The position numbers and the translations under genes were made by a program. Shown here piece after piece: positions 39,850 to 57,079 of a stretch of 64,000 nt of DNA. This DNA comes from the human T2T-CHM13v2.0 reference genome, Homo sapiens: NCBI RefSeq assembly GCF_009914755.1, contig NC_060927.1. One strand, given 5' to 3'. The notes under the pieces are model-generated. The model was not told the origin of the DNA, ran no database searches, and was given only the letters and a program-made list of their open reading frames with translations. Every line of letters starts with the position of its first letter. Position 1 is the stretch's first letter.

Positions 39850-42800
39850 ATCTATCTGGGATCCACGTCTCATGGATCCCCTAGCCCTCTGCTTATCTAA
39901 CTCCTATGCATCCCTCAGCTCAGTTATCACTTCCTCAGGGAAATCAGCCCCCACAGGAAAATCTAAATATATTCCCACATACCATTAATATTTCCTTATG
40001 GCCCATTTCCTTCACAGCACTTACCATCATTTGTAGTTGTATACTTATTTACATGTTTCTATGCCCATTGGATTATATGCTTCATGGGGGCAGGGTCCAC
40101 ATCCATCTTGAGCCTAGGGCTTGGCATGTAGCAGAACTCACTAAGTATTCCTAGCCCAAGTCTCCCATCCTCTCTGGTCACTGTTGCTTTATGACCTAGC
40201 CCCTTTGAAGCACATGCCATCAGACTATTTCACACCCTACCCTTCATCATTACAGTCTTTTACCAACTTGTCATTCTTCTCTTGCTTGTTAAATATTTCA
40301 GCCCCTGGTTCACCATCTTTTTCTCTATCAGCATCCATTGTCATCATTGGTGACTTCTACAAAAACAACTCATCCAAAGCCCTACTTTCTCGATTCCTTG
40401 AAATCCTCATACTAATAATCTTTTCTTTCACTCATCCCAACTGTCAACTCCCTTAGCTGCACTTGCGGTGTGTCATTACCAGTAACCTTACACTTCCTAA
40501 ATCATGACTTTCAGCAATCTACTCTCAGCCCATAACCTCCTTTAAAAGCAACGTTAAGCTCATTTGCTCTGCTGTTCCTCATTCCAACCATTCATAGTCT
40601 ACAGAGGGACCTTTAGATAGTTTGCCTTAGTATGTTTTTGATTTCCATCACCTACCTCCCGCTTTCCCTAACCTCTTACCTACATACACATCTGCTCCCA
40701 TGCTTCAGAATTACTCAGCAGCCTCATACCTAGGCAACTCATCCTCCTACTCTCTGATAGAACAAATTTACAAGCTCTCTTCTCCAAAGAGAACTTTTCA
40801 TGTTCTCTCATCACCCAATTAGCCAATTCACTTGCATCTATACCCTCTATTCTGCCTTCCTTCCTTTCACGGTGGATGAACAGCCTCTGATCCTAACTAA
40901 GGCCCATCCCTCCACTTGTGCCAGGATCCCATCCCTTTTGGCCTGTTCAAGGACTTTGTTCTCACATCATCAATTTTTCTGTCCCCTACTGAATCATTCC
41001 CAACAAATACAAATATACTGTCTTCTCTCCCACCTAAACAAATGTCTACAGGTCACCCCTAGTTATTGTCCTATTGCTGTCTCTCCCTTATAGCAAACCT
41101 CCTCAAAAGAATTGCCTATGCAGTCTCTATATCCCATTATTTCCTCAACCCACTCTTATGATTGTATCTACTTTTCCACTAAAACTACTCTTACCAAAGT
41201 TGCCAATGATTTGAATCTTTTCAAATTCTGTGGTCAACTCCTAGCCCTCATCCCATTTGATCTTTCAGGCAGCATCTGATACATGTGATCACTTTCTCCT
41301 TCTTGGAAAAATTATCCTCTAAGATGCCTCACTCTCTTGATTTTTCTATGTCACTGCCCACTCTCTCAGTCTTCTTTGCTGGCTCGCCTCCTCCTTCCAA
41401 CCTGAAAATATTGGAGTATTCCAACATTCAGTCTTCAGCACTCCTTTTTTCCATGTATACCCACTCCTAAGAGATTTCTTCTAGTCTCATGGCTTTAAAT
41501 GCTACTGATATATTGATGACTCCAAGTTTACATCATCCTCGACCTCTCCCTTGAACTTAAGTTTTGAATAGCTCATTGTCTTCTCAGTATCACCCATTAG
41601 TTGGCTAATAAGCACCTTAAACTTAACATGACTAACACAGAAATCTATTCACCTCAAATCTTCATTTGAATAAATAACACCACCATTTACACAAACATGT
41701 AAGATTCATCCTGACTCCCTTCTTTCTCTCACACCTATACTTATTCCATCCATAAACCTTGTTTATTCTACTATCAGAATATATTCTGGATACAATGACT
41801 CCTCACTGCCTCCATTGCTCCCATCCTAGTCCAACCCACTTTCATCTTTCATCCATTTACTGCAGCGGGCTCCTGTAGTACAGACCCCAGCTAGAGTACA
41901 GTCCACAGGATTTCTCACTGTTAGGTGTAACCATGTGACTAAGTTCTCAGCAACAGAATGTGAACAGAAGCAGTGAGTGCCACTCCTGGCCCAAGGTCTT
42001 TAAGAGAATGTGTGCCTCTTCTCTGTGCACTTTCCCCTTCCTCTGCCTGAAATCTGAATGTGGTAACTCAGTCTTGATTCTTCACATGACTAGGTCCGAG
42101 GGCATAGTGAAGTCATACAAATGGCAGGAGCCTGGATCCCTGAGTGGATGCATGGAAGAGAGCCTCCCACGGAGTTGGAACACCCTTCTTGCACTGTAAA
42201 GCAAGTAAATAACATTTTTCGGTTATTTGTTTAGCCTACCCTAATTAATATACCTCCAAATTGGCCTTGGCTCTCTCTCTTACCTCTAAAAGCCAGTGAT
42301 CTTCTTAAAGACTGACTCTGGTCACATTGTAGCTGTAGCTAGAACTTTCAGCGCCTTCCATCACACTCACAATGGCCCACATGGCCCTATACAGCACTGC
42401 CCCCGCTTTCCTCACTGGACCCCTCTCATCTCTCTTCCCTGGCTCACTGCTCTCCAGTCACTACTGGGCCTCTGCCATTCTTGATGAGTTGCCAGTCCAG
42501 TTCCCACCTGGACTTTTTTACATGCCAGGTCCTCTACCTGGAACTCTTCTTCTACTTCTCTGCATGGCTCACTGCTTCATGCAATTCAGTTCTCCATTAA
42601 AATATCATCTTCCCAGTGAGATCTTTTCTAATAAACCTACCTGAAACAGTGCATCTTCCTCCCCACCCTGGTCTCTCTTTATCCCATTACTCTATTATTA
42701 TTCATTATACTTATCACTTACTGACATCACAGTATGGTATTTGCTTGTTTATCATATGTCTTCCCCTACTAGAATGTAAGCTCTACAACAGCAAAAACCT

Positions 42801-42890
42801 TCTATGTCTATTCAGCATGTTCCCCCAGCACTTGGGACAGTGTCTGGAATGTACGAGGTATTCCATACATGTGGGTGAATGAATAAATCA
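39850..42890 (+). mobile_element. LINE2 fragments, interrupted by an MLT1 LTR (~41875-42251)
   Basis: RT remnants (ccactaaaactactcttaccaaagttgccaatga). 3' end gtgggtgaatgaataaat. Confidence 0.75.
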
Positions 42891-43156
42891 TTCTACACCT
42901 TGAGAAGACTTCATCCTCTCAACATCTATTTGCATTCATCATGTGCCTCCAAGTATTATGCTTATCTTTTTTTACATCTGTACCTTCAGGAATAAGGACC
43001 CTCTTTTATATTCTAAATGCCAACTCTAGGCATTTAGAAGTTTCTGTATAGGAAGCGCTCAGTAAAAGTCTCCTTAATAATTATGGATTAAAATAAAGTC
43101 TGCAAGATTGATCTGAATGGATGGCTCTATTACTTTTCAAAAAATAAATAATTCTG

Positions 43157-43420
43157 TTATGATTGCCATTAATTAAATTGTATAGTTTTAACAATTTAAT
43201 TAAATTGGTTATTTTAGTTTTGTACTTATCACTTATTGACATCACAGTGTGTATTTGCTTATTTATCATATGTCTTCCCCTACTAGAATGTAAGCTCTAC
43301 AACAGCAAAAACCTTCTATGTCTATTCAGCATGTTAAATTGTATAGTTTTAACAATTTAATTAATGGCAATCATAATTATTTAAAAAATTGTTTAATTTT
43401 AACAATTTAATTAATGGCAA
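43157..43420. repeat. Complex local duplication: split 25-bp palindrome, 31-bp direct repeat, ~113-bp copy of 42708-42821
   Basis: All components read directly. See findings. Confidence 0.93.
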
Positions 43421-43473
43421 ACATAGGCTTAGTAAAATACAGTTGCCCTCTTGGTTATTAAGAAGGAACACTA

Positions 43474-43832
<359 letters not shown>

Positions 43833-43896
43833 TTAAAGCTCACCCTTTTACAACACTTGATCTTACACAACCTCAATTTTACTGAACCTAAAGGGA

Positions 43897-43898
<2 letters not shown>

Positions 43899-43940
<42 letters not shown>
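43899..43940. repeat. (TG)n microsatellite
   Basis: Direct reading. Confidence 0.97.
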
Positions 43941-43942
<2 letters not shown>

Positions 43943-44869
43943 CTGAAGAACTTGGGCAGAAGTAGTAGGAAAGGTTTGTCCTCTAGGCAGCCACAATGCT
44001 GTTTTATATATCAGCAATGTAAGGGAAAATTTATGCAAAGATGCTCAATGACTCTTTGAATAGGTACTGTAAAATAGACAATTATTCATAATTCTGAATA
44101 GCTAGGGTTTCAAAACTCTTCCAAAGTGACTAGAGGAATTTTTTTTCTTGTCTCAGATTTTGCTGGAGAAAGCAAGTTGTACAAACTTGTCAGAGGGGCA
44201 GGGGACAGCTTCTCATGCTAGAAATACTAGGAAGTTACAACTAGGCAGGTAACTTTACTTTATCAAGCCTCTACTCATAAAACAAACAAGCATGCATCGT
44301 GCATGTTAAAAATGCTACACATAACAAATATAAGGCAAAATATTAAATTGACCTTTAAAATCTAGTGATATGTCTAAGTTCTATGTTCACAGCAGATATA
44401 AACACTTTAAGCATAAAGGAGGAAACCCCAATTATGTTAATTTTTAAATAATAAATTTAAGTAATTTTATAGAAATTACTTAAATATTAAACCCTCTGTG
44501 AAAATTCACTTCATATCTTTATCAGAATAAATAAACACATAGTTCTAATTAGCATGTATAAACTGATAACGTATATTGCCTTAGTCCACACAGAATCATG
44601 TTTAAAGTCCATGTGGTATTTTATCATGTTGATGTTATAATTTGCTTAACCACTTTCCAAATGCTGAGCACTTATTTCTAATTTGTCATTAGCACAAACA
44701 ATGCAGCTATGACAATCTTGTACACATTTTTTGGTTTGCTGTTTGGCTGATTTGGGGTTGTTTCCTTGATAAACAGTTCCCTCAAATAGACTTACTAAGT
44801 CAGGGCAATTAAACAGTTTTGTGTTTCTTGTTACATCTTGAAAGATCATTCTCCACAAACAATGAACCA

Positions 44870-46650
<1,781 letters not shown>

Positions 46651-46749
46651 AAGAAAGAATGAATCAATTGATGTTGCCTCTAGCAATGTGTACATACACC
46701 TAATTATCACAAATCTGCTATTTTTATTTAAATTTTTATAGCTTAATAG

Positions 46750-47069
<320 letters not shown>

Positions 47070-47093
47070 TAATGCTATCTTAAAGATGATTTA

Positions 47094-47401
<308 letters not shown>

Positions 47402-47474
47402 AAAGATGATTTAATTTGTGTTCATTTAATCAATATCATGGCCTAGTTCAAAACAAATACCCATTGCAAGTGTT

Positions 47475-47715
47475 GGCATACACACTGTGTAGTGGTTAAG
47501 AGCACAGGTTTGACAGTCAGATTGACCTGGGTTCAAATTCTGACTGTCTCCTATCATGAGCAAGTGTTTAACTTCTCTGAGCCTCAGTTTTATCATCTGT
47601 AGAAAGACAGAACAATGCCTAAATCTGGGCTTCAGCGAAATAGCTCATATTAAATGCTAATCTCAGTGCCAGGCACATAGGATGTGCTCAGTAAGTGCTG
47701 GCTATTTTTAGCTAC
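47475..47715. mobile_element. MIR
   Basis: gtagtggttaagagcacagg...cctgggttcaaattctg...gagcctcagttttatcatctgt. Confidence 0.8.
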
Positions 47716-48229
47716 TAATAATACTTAACAATAAGAATTCATTTGTTGAATGGACATGAATGAGTGAGCATTAATTTTTCAAATGTAAAACTTTGTATTT
47801 ATCTCACCTGATATCTTTTCAGTAAAATCTGGATTTTGACCTTCCTGTTTTTAAAAATAATACGCTTTGGAAGGTATGCTTTCATCAGTTGTGTTTTGTC
47901 AGAATAATTGTTTCCTTCTGTGACACTGTGTTGTACAAATGTTTTTTATTTCTATTTAATCAGATATCTTGTCTTTGATGATGTCTACGTAGTTAAAAAA
48001 TCTCTCTTGCACAGCTGTTGTAAATAAATAATTCTTGTGTATATAAGGTATAAAATACAGCCTCAAGTTAATTTTTAAAATCCATGCTTTCAGGAATATT
48101 TATTCCATTGTGATTTGATTATTATTATTTTATAGCATCTGGTTTGTCAACGATTAGGTTCTTATAATAGTTTAACTCTTTCTATTTGATCAATGCTTCA
48201 ATGTTTTAGCCAAAATTTGCTCAATTGCT

Positions 48230-49030
48230 CATCAATTCAAGTAGGCTTTACTGAGTGTTTGCTACATTATGTGTACTGTATGGGAATATTGTGACGAGTA
48301 CAGAGGTAAAAAGACATAGTTTGAAAACAAAGGAATCTGATAATCTAGTGGCAAAGAAATGAGTTTAATATTTATTTCCTTAAGATAGACAAATAAACCT
48401 AAAGACAAATGTGTGAACAAATGTGATATAAATATGATGTGATATAAATATGAGATAATAGTTTATATTACTAATATGAATCAAATGTTATGGTTGCACA
48501 GTGGAAGACATCAGAGAATCCTTCTCCAAAAGGGGTGAAAGTGGGTCTTAAAAGTCAGATGGATTTTAAATGATGTCAGAGTTTTCCAGATGGAGAAGGG
48601 GGAGGTGAAGCAATCGGAGGAGGCAGAACAGGGTGTATGAAGGCAGGAAGGAATAAAGAACATGGTGTGTTTAGGACATCAGTTTGGGTGAAAGCGGAAC
48701 GTACAGTGCATGGGTTGTCATGAGAAGTGTGGCCAGGAACGTAGGTTAGGGCTGCATTGCGAAGAACCTTGCATCGTACACCCTATCTGGGACTTTACAC
48801 GGAAGGGGTTAAATTCCAGCAAGCATTTTTAAGTAAGAGAGACATGATGAGAGTTTTATTTTAGAAAGATCATTCAGTGGGCAGCATGAAGGAGAAATGG
48901 GATGCGGGAGAGTCTTGGAGACTTAGCAAGAGTCCAGGTACAAGATGATGAGCGTCTGCACCAAAGTAAAGGCAGCAGGGAGTGGGAGAGAGGGAATGGT
49001 CAGCAACACCTATGACATTTCTAAGACTAG
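48230..49030 (-). mobile_element. LINE2 remnant
   Basis: attcaa...tttactgagtgtttgctac followed by a purine-rich body (ttttagaaagatcattc). Confidence 0.6.
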
Positions 49031-49842
49031 GCAGCTGGACAGCGACCACTTCCTTGATTAAACATTGCAGACTGTCCACGTCTCTCCTGAAAATCCAATG
49101 AGAAGACAGAAAAGGAATGAAACAGACATAAACCCACAAACACGAAGAGAATGAGAGAGGAAAAATAAAAACAAGTCCTGGAAGATGGAAAGGTGACCGT
49201 AGTGACAGACTGAGCAGAGCAGAGGAGAGTGAACCCTAGGGCCCCCAGAGAGGGTGCTGGCAGGGAGCAGCCCAGTTCATTCTGGCAGACCAGCTTCAGG
49301 ACCAGGAAGCACCACATCCCATGCAGTGGTAAGGTATAGGGGGCTGTGGGAGGTCTATATTTGTTGTATACCAAGATCATTTTCTCTGCCTATGAAGCCA
49401 AGTAACAACCCTTCTGTTGCCCAATTCCCTCCTCAAGGGGGCTTTCCTTTGAAACAATCAAGCCAGAGAGTGCCTAAACTTGGCACAGCAGGCACAGCAA
49501 AGAGTGTGGAAATGGAATTTGAAGGCAGGGAATTAAATGAACATCTATACCCTAAACAGTGGGACCCCTCTCCAACTCACTCACCTCATCCTGTTCCCAG
49601 AATGCCCGTACCTATCTGTGTGTCCCTCGGGCAAGGGATTAAAGAACTCTCCTCCAGAGGAAAACGTGAAGAGCCCAAGAGAAAAACCTCTAGATATTCA
49701 CATTTGGGGGTCCTCCAGTAAAAAGTCTAGCCCACTCCTCCTTATTCTACAGTAAGGTGCCCCAATTAACAAGCCCTGCTAATGTACAAAGCTCTTCTAA
49801 ACAGTTTTTTAGTACTTCACTTAAAAAAAAAAAAAAAAAAAA

Positions 49843-50293
<451 letters not shown>

Positions 50294-50466
50294 GAGTGCT
50301 TCACTTTTAAGTACAAAAAGAAGTCAAAAGATCAATGGACATTTTAGTAAAAGCCTCCAAGATTTAAAAAAAAAAAAAAGAGAGAGAAAGAGAGAGCCCA
50401 AACCAAAGAGAAAATAATTAAAGAAAACAGGAACAGTGAAAGGAACAGAAAAACTTTTTAAAATTA

Positions 50467-50800
<334 letters not shown>

Positions 50801-50943
50801 TAATAGTATCAGAGAGAGAAGATAAGCCATTGTACTCATAGAACAAAAATAGATGATGTTCAAATTAGAAAAAAAAAAAAAAAAAAGACAAGGACAAATT
50901 AGATCACAACCAAGAGGTCTTGGAAATTAAAAACTGGATAATT

Positions 50944-51422
50944 GTGGCATAGACTGATAGTTGCTACCTTATCTCTCCTTCTTTCTTAGGAAAAAAAGAA
51001 AAAACACATAATTTTATGTAAAGTAGTAATATGACCAGTTAAAAAACAATTTTATCAGCCTTCTTTGCAGTTTGTTGTAATCACATGACTAAATTCCAAC
51101 CAATGAAATATGAGAAGTTGGAATGGGACTTTTGAGGAAGCCTCCTCCAAATGACTCAGTTTAGAGGCTCACCCTTTTGCCCTTTTTCCCTCCCCTTTTT
51201 CTAGTGCCTGGAATATAAATGTAATGGCGTGACCCCAGCAACCACATGTTGGATCACAGAACAATATACTAAGTGATAAAGGAGCATGGGTCACTCAGGA
51301 CCATGGAGCTGCCATGGCAGCCATGGACTGCCCACCTCTGGATCCTTGTGTATGAGCTAGATGAAGTCACTATTATTTTGCAATTTTGTTATCCTCAGTC
51401 AAAACTAATCGTGACTGATACA
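50944..51422 (+). mobile_element. MLT1 LTR
   Basis: cagccttctttgcag...aatcacatgactaaattc...gtgactgataca. Confidence 0.6.
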
Positions 51423-52085
51423 ACAACCAACACTTTAAAAAAAAAAATCATTAGAAGCCTTGGGAGAGAAAATCCATGAAATATCCCAGAAAAAAACAAC
51501 AAATAAATGAACAATAGGAAAGAGAAAAGAAAGAAGATTAGAGAACCATTTAAGAAGATACAAAATCGAGATAATAGAGGGGGGATGGAGGGATGGGGGT
51601 GGGGAATTATCAAAGAAAAACTATGTAAAAGCATGACTTTGGTAAGAAATCTCTTGTTTCCTGGATCTGACACAGAAGTGTGGTAACAAGAGGAATTCTA
51701 AGACAACAGCTTTGTAGCAGACCTAGCAAACAAACAATCTAGAGTGGAACAGAAGGATGGAGCCATAGGACAGAGGGGAAAAAAGAAAAGAATACATTTC
51801 TGAAGAATTGGAGCATTTTGAAAATAACACAAAAAGGCATTTGACAGATCTGCCAGAGCATTTAAAGAAAAATGATGACAGAAAACCAAGCAAAGAAAAA
51901 ACCAAGGCAATTATTAATTCCAGGAAACAGCAAAAGTTGAGCAAAAAAGGAAATGTAATCATAGTGTAACATATGGCTCAGAACTGAGCAATATTTACTT
52001 AGTCATGATAACAAGAATACTAGCTTTTAATTTAATAAAAAACTGTGAGATAACTACTCTGGGGGCATTAAATAAGGAGAAGTCA

Positions 52086-52358
<273 letters not shown>

Positions 52359-52697
52359 TCATTTACCATAACAGCAACTCAAAAGATGATGTCAGAAACT
52401 GACATATCAAGAAGTAGCAACGCAAATACATTATTTAGTGACAGATTAACAGAAGAAGCATATTTTTGGTTCAAAGTGGGATTTTCTGGGAATGGGACTG
52501 GAAATAGAGAAGGGTAAAAGGGGTGGTATAAAAGAGTAGGAACTACTGTTTCTGGTTATGTGACTTTTAATATTATTTGGCTTATTAAATTGTATACTTA
52601 TTACATTGATTAAAATAAAATAATTTTTATTTTTAATTAAAAGTTTCCCAGAAATTTAGAGGCAAAGAAGGAAAAACAGGTTTCTGGGAGAACTTAA

Positions 52698-53020
<323 letters not shown>

Positions 53021-53850
53021 AAAACACTATTTTTCAGACACCTCCTTCTATGTCCCTCATCTCCTCCTCTTTGCCCACACCTGTCTGTATATAGCTCCAG
53101 GGAGAGCATAATGTAGAGGAAAGTACATGGGCCTCAAATACAGACAATACAATGCAGGGTGATGTCCAGCTGTGCAAAGAATCAGGTCAGAGTCTTCTCT
53201 GTGACCTCATGTGGACACAAGGTCTTACTTGTAAAAGGGAAAATGCTAATATATGTTATATTACACGAAGTAATAGATGTAAAGCACCTAGAATATGGTA
53301 GGTCCTTGAAAATACGAGTTCTCATTTTCAGAATTTCTCATGCTCTATAAGCCTCTCTGTGAGTGTCTCTGTGTATCTCTGTGTTTATAGATTTGAGAAA
53401 ACAAAGCTTGAGCCACCTTCTGTCCATCCCCTCTTGCCTGGTTTGGGAGGTTCATCTTCCACAAAGAAAACATATTGCATCCTTAACAGGTAGTTTATCA
53501 CAACACATTTCCACTTCTCTTGTAAGGAGAGATTGATTTTACTCACATTGAGGCTTTATACTTCTGTTCATTTTTGAGTGAAAAGAGATTGATACCCAAT
53601 TACTAGCTGTGGCTCTCAGGTCTAACATACAGGAGTAGATAGAAATTTCTGTTTAAAATTAACTATCTATAACAGAGTATAATTACAAATAATTCAGCTG
53701 ATACCTGAATATAATGTTTTAAAACAAATATTGCACAAAATTAACAAGGATTTTAAACCCAGTTATAACTGGTTCACAATAACTGGGTAGGTAGGATAAT
53801 CAGTGGTCATCCCCAAATAAGAGGCCCCAGTGTGATACCAGAGCACTCAC

Positions 53851-54496
53851 CTTCTCCACTGGACTCTGATTGGTTGCACAGCTCAGGAACAAGTTGCTCT
53901 CCATATGTTCCCTCAGGCTGAGTCCCTTCGCTCTTGGAAGTCTGCTTGTTCCAGCAGGACTCCTGCCCCTCCCAGGAGGCAGCGGGCAACCTGTCAGAGA
54001 TCTCGACAGGGAAAGAAGGAGGGGATTTGAGGTCCAAGAGGAAGCTATCTTGTAGGGTCTGCTTGGTGGCCTTCTTGCTTTTCCTCTTCTGACTTTCTGG
54101 GGTCCTGTTACCCTCTCCTTGCCTGGGCTGGCTACTCTCAAGCTTCCTGGTTAGCTGGAGGAGCTGATCCATGTCCTTGGTGAATTCCAGTAGCGTGCCC
54201 TCCAAGACTCTTTGGGCAGGTCCCTCAGAGCCGTAACTGGGAGCTTTCTCTAAGAGCAGGTGCTCAGAGCAGTGGAGGCCTTCTGCGCCCTCCCTGAGCA
54301 CCGGCTCAGGCACCGGGGTCAGGCTGCAGGAACACATGGACAGGGAGAAGTAAGAGTAGTCCACTGCAACGTATGTCAGCATGAAGTTGATGGTGACGAT
54401 GGGGGCCAGAACGTTCACTTGACCCACAAAAACAAAGGCCATGGTCACCAAGCTGGTCAGGCAGATGGCAGCCACGGGTGTTTTGTTTGGCCCCTT
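53851..54496 (-). CDS. SLC12A8: SLC12A8 large coding exon (646 nt, phase 0 to 1): two TM segments plus a long hydrophilic loop
   Basis: Acceptor tttgttcctgcag, donor G|gtgagt. Encodes [42 protein letters not shown]...[11 protein letters not shown](D), including the CCC-family GxGxNxxP and NxxAxxxxNFxL motifs. Confidence 0.97.
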
Positions 54497-54734
54497 CTGC
54501 AGGAACAAAAATAACATGCAGGACCATAAAATTTCAGATAGAACGCTTCAGAGATTTCAGAAGTTACAGGCTAGAAACACAACTCATAATGACTCAGCCA
54601 CTTCTCCCCATGTGATTATTCATCTATAAACTTGAGATAATAATATCCTACTCATGGGATTAGTTCATGCATGCGAAATGCTTCACACAGACTGACATGC
54701 AGTAAGCTCCACAGATATTAGTTGCATTAGCAAC

Positions 54735-55038
54735 TTTTTTTTTTTTTTCTTTTTTTGAGACCGGGTCTGGCTCTGTTGCTCAGGCTGGACTGCAGTGATG
54801 TGATCTCAGCTCATTGCAACCTCCGCCTCTTGGGCTTAAGCCATCCTCCCACCTCAGCATCCTGAATAGCTGGGACTACAGGTGCACACCACCATGCATG
54901 GCTAATTTTTGTATTTCTTGTAGAGACGTGGTTTTGCTATGTTGCCCAGGCCAGTCACAAACTCCTGGCCTCAAGCAATCTGCCCACCTTGGCCTACCAG
55001 AGTGTTAGGATTACAGGCATGAGCCACTGTGCCCAGCC
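54735..55038 (-). mobile_element. AluJ
   Basis: Antisense Alu. Confidence 0.9.
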
Positions 55039-55389
55039 ATAGGAATAACTATGAACATGGGGCATTATTATAGAACTTTGACTTCCCAAATATTTCCTCC
55101 TTTTGTCTTTCATTGGGTTTTAATACCAGCATAGAAAATCAAAGAAATGCAAAGTTGATTCTTCCCAGGGAGAGGCAGATTGCGGAAGACACAGCAGAAT
55201 CACTGGTGGCTGGAGGAGGGGAATTCTGACACTAATTCTGACACTGAGTATCCGCAAATACTCACACACACACATTACACACACCTGTTATTAATGGAGG
55301 TGGGTATGGTGACCTTCAGGTGGACAGGAGTGGAAAAAAGGTGCTAGCTGCCTCTCCTGGGAGCTCTTCATCACAGTCACTGACATAGT

Positions 55390-55800
55390 TCTTGGGCCAA
55401 AAGCAACAGTCACTTCTCAGTCCCTGTCTTCTTTAACCCAGCTGGCTACTCAGTCCTCTTCGAAACACTTTCTTCACCTTACTTCTCCTGACTGGCCTCC
55501 CTCTTCACTGGCTGCTCCTTCTTGGTTTCTGTGGCTGGCTTTTCACGTCTCTGAACTCCACATTTAAAGCAGCCCCAGGCTCCATCCTCAGATCTCTATC
55601 TGTACTCCCTCCCTTGGTGAGCTCAACTAGGCTCACGGCTTTGAATACCGGCATTATACTGACAACTTCCAAATTTGAATCTCCAGCCTAAAACATTCCC
55701 CTGAAACCCAGGTTTACATATCCAACTGCCTACTCAACATTTCCAGTGAACGTCTAATAGGATCTCAAACGGACTATGTCCAAAACCAAACTGCATTTTT
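55390..55800 (+). mobile_element. LINE2 fragment
   Basis: acatatccaactgcctactcaacatttcc...tgtccaaaaccaaact. Confidence 0.7.
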
Positions 55801-56276
55801 GGAGGAAGATAAAGGAAGAAATCAAGGATAAGTTGCAACGATGTGTTCCCTAAACCAGAGAGAGGCTGAAAATTGGAAGCGGCTGGGGAGGCCCTCTGGG
55901 GTACCCCAACAAGACAAAAATGAACTCTAGCTTGCAAACCATATTAGTGGGAAATGGGATTCTCTGTTTATGTCTCTTTGGTCCTCCCCTGGACTTTAGG
56001 AATGTCTATTTTAATCATTCCAGCCATGTCTCAACTGAGCTGCCCTTTATGTATCAGTTAAGGTTTGGTTCATGATGGTTAACAGGAAGTGTAGACGCCA
56101 GAGGTGTAGGAAATCATCAAACAGCAACCCCCAAGGGGCGGTTGAAACTCAAGGGCAGAGTTAGAGCTGCAAGGACCAGCTCGCCTCCTGACCAAAACAC
56201 GCTTTCTTCTATGCTAAACCTGGAGGATCCTGAATTCATTTTCATTAAAGGATGGGGCACTGCATTTTCATGCTGC

Positions 56277-56347
56277 TCAGGGTCCAAGATGGTACTAGGA
56301 CTGGTTAGCTAACCCAGTCCTAAAAGTGCTAAGGGGCTGGGTGGCTG
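56277..56347. repeat. Copy 1 of a ~60-bp direct repeat (copy 2 at 57694-57754)
   Basis: tcagggtccaagatg.tactag...ctaac.cag..ctaaaagtgctaaggggctgggtggctg is shared by both copies. Confidence 0.9.
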
Positions 56348-56558
56348 GGACATTTAAGATGCTTCATCTACTTAGCCCTAACCTAAGCCAGCCAGAGGAC
56401 AGGGCTGAAAGAAATGACCTCTGCATTATTTTCTGTGTCACCCCAAAGAAATTGACCAGAGGCTCTGATCAGAAAAGCTTAACCAATTGATGGGCCAACA
56501 GTGAGGTTAGCAGCAAAACATGTTTCAAAAAACAAACCAAAAAAAGAGGATTACTCAC

Positions 56559-56705
56559 CCCTTGTCCCAGACAGGCAAGTGCAGGGATCACTTTCTCCTG
56601 GGCAATGCACTGCAGGATGCGGGGAGCTCCATAAAGTCCTCCCATGCAGGAAGCCAGGGACGAGATGTATAAGCCCAAAAGGAACAGGAAGCCCATGAGG
56701 GATAC
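56559..56705 (-). CDS. SLC12A8: SLC12A8 coding exon (147 nt, phase 0 to 0); upstream exons lie beyond the right end of the window
   Basis: Acceptor tctcacacag, donor GGG|gtgagt. Encodes [49 protein letters not shown], with the CCC-family TM8 GAPRILQ motif. Confidence 0.97.
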
Positions 56706-56909
56706 CTGTGTGAGAAGCGGTTTCATTCGCCAGTGCCAGAACCTGCTCCTGTGCCTTTCTACCCCCCCAGCACCCACCCACCTGCACCCCATGCAATCAT
56801 CCACTGAGTCGTCTAGATCTGATCCCTGGGATACAGTTTCCACATCCCCAGCCTCGCCCCCATTCATTCCATGGTTTCAGCTGAATCCACCACCACATTT
56901 CATATGGAT

Positions 56910-57075
56910 TGCACAGTGGTCCTCAAATGAAGCGTCTGCCAGACTCAGCTGCAGGGCTTGCTAAACACAAACTTCTGGGCCCCTCCTCAGAGTTCCTGGT
57001 TCAGTAGGCTTGGGGTGGGGCCTAGAAATCTGGATTCCGCATGCGTTCCCAGAGACCACACTTTGAGAACAAACT
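56910..57075. mobile_element. MER5A-type hAT MITE
   Basis: cagtggtcctcaaa...ttcagtaggcttggggtggggcctagaaatctg...ccacactttgagaac. Confidence 0.7.
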
Positions 57076-57079
57076 GGCC

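Noticed and set aside
39858-39880. gggatcca-N7-tggatccc hairpin
   Set aside because: An isolated 8-bp stem is expected by chance in 64 kb.
43163-43370. Resemblance of ttgccatt...aatggcaa to the MADE1 centre
   Set aside because: MADE1 terminal sequence (ttaggttggtgcaaaag) is absent and the match is too short.
48421-48453. 16-bp tandem duplication (similar short ones at ~33276 and ~55222)
   Set aside because: Ordinary slippage events.
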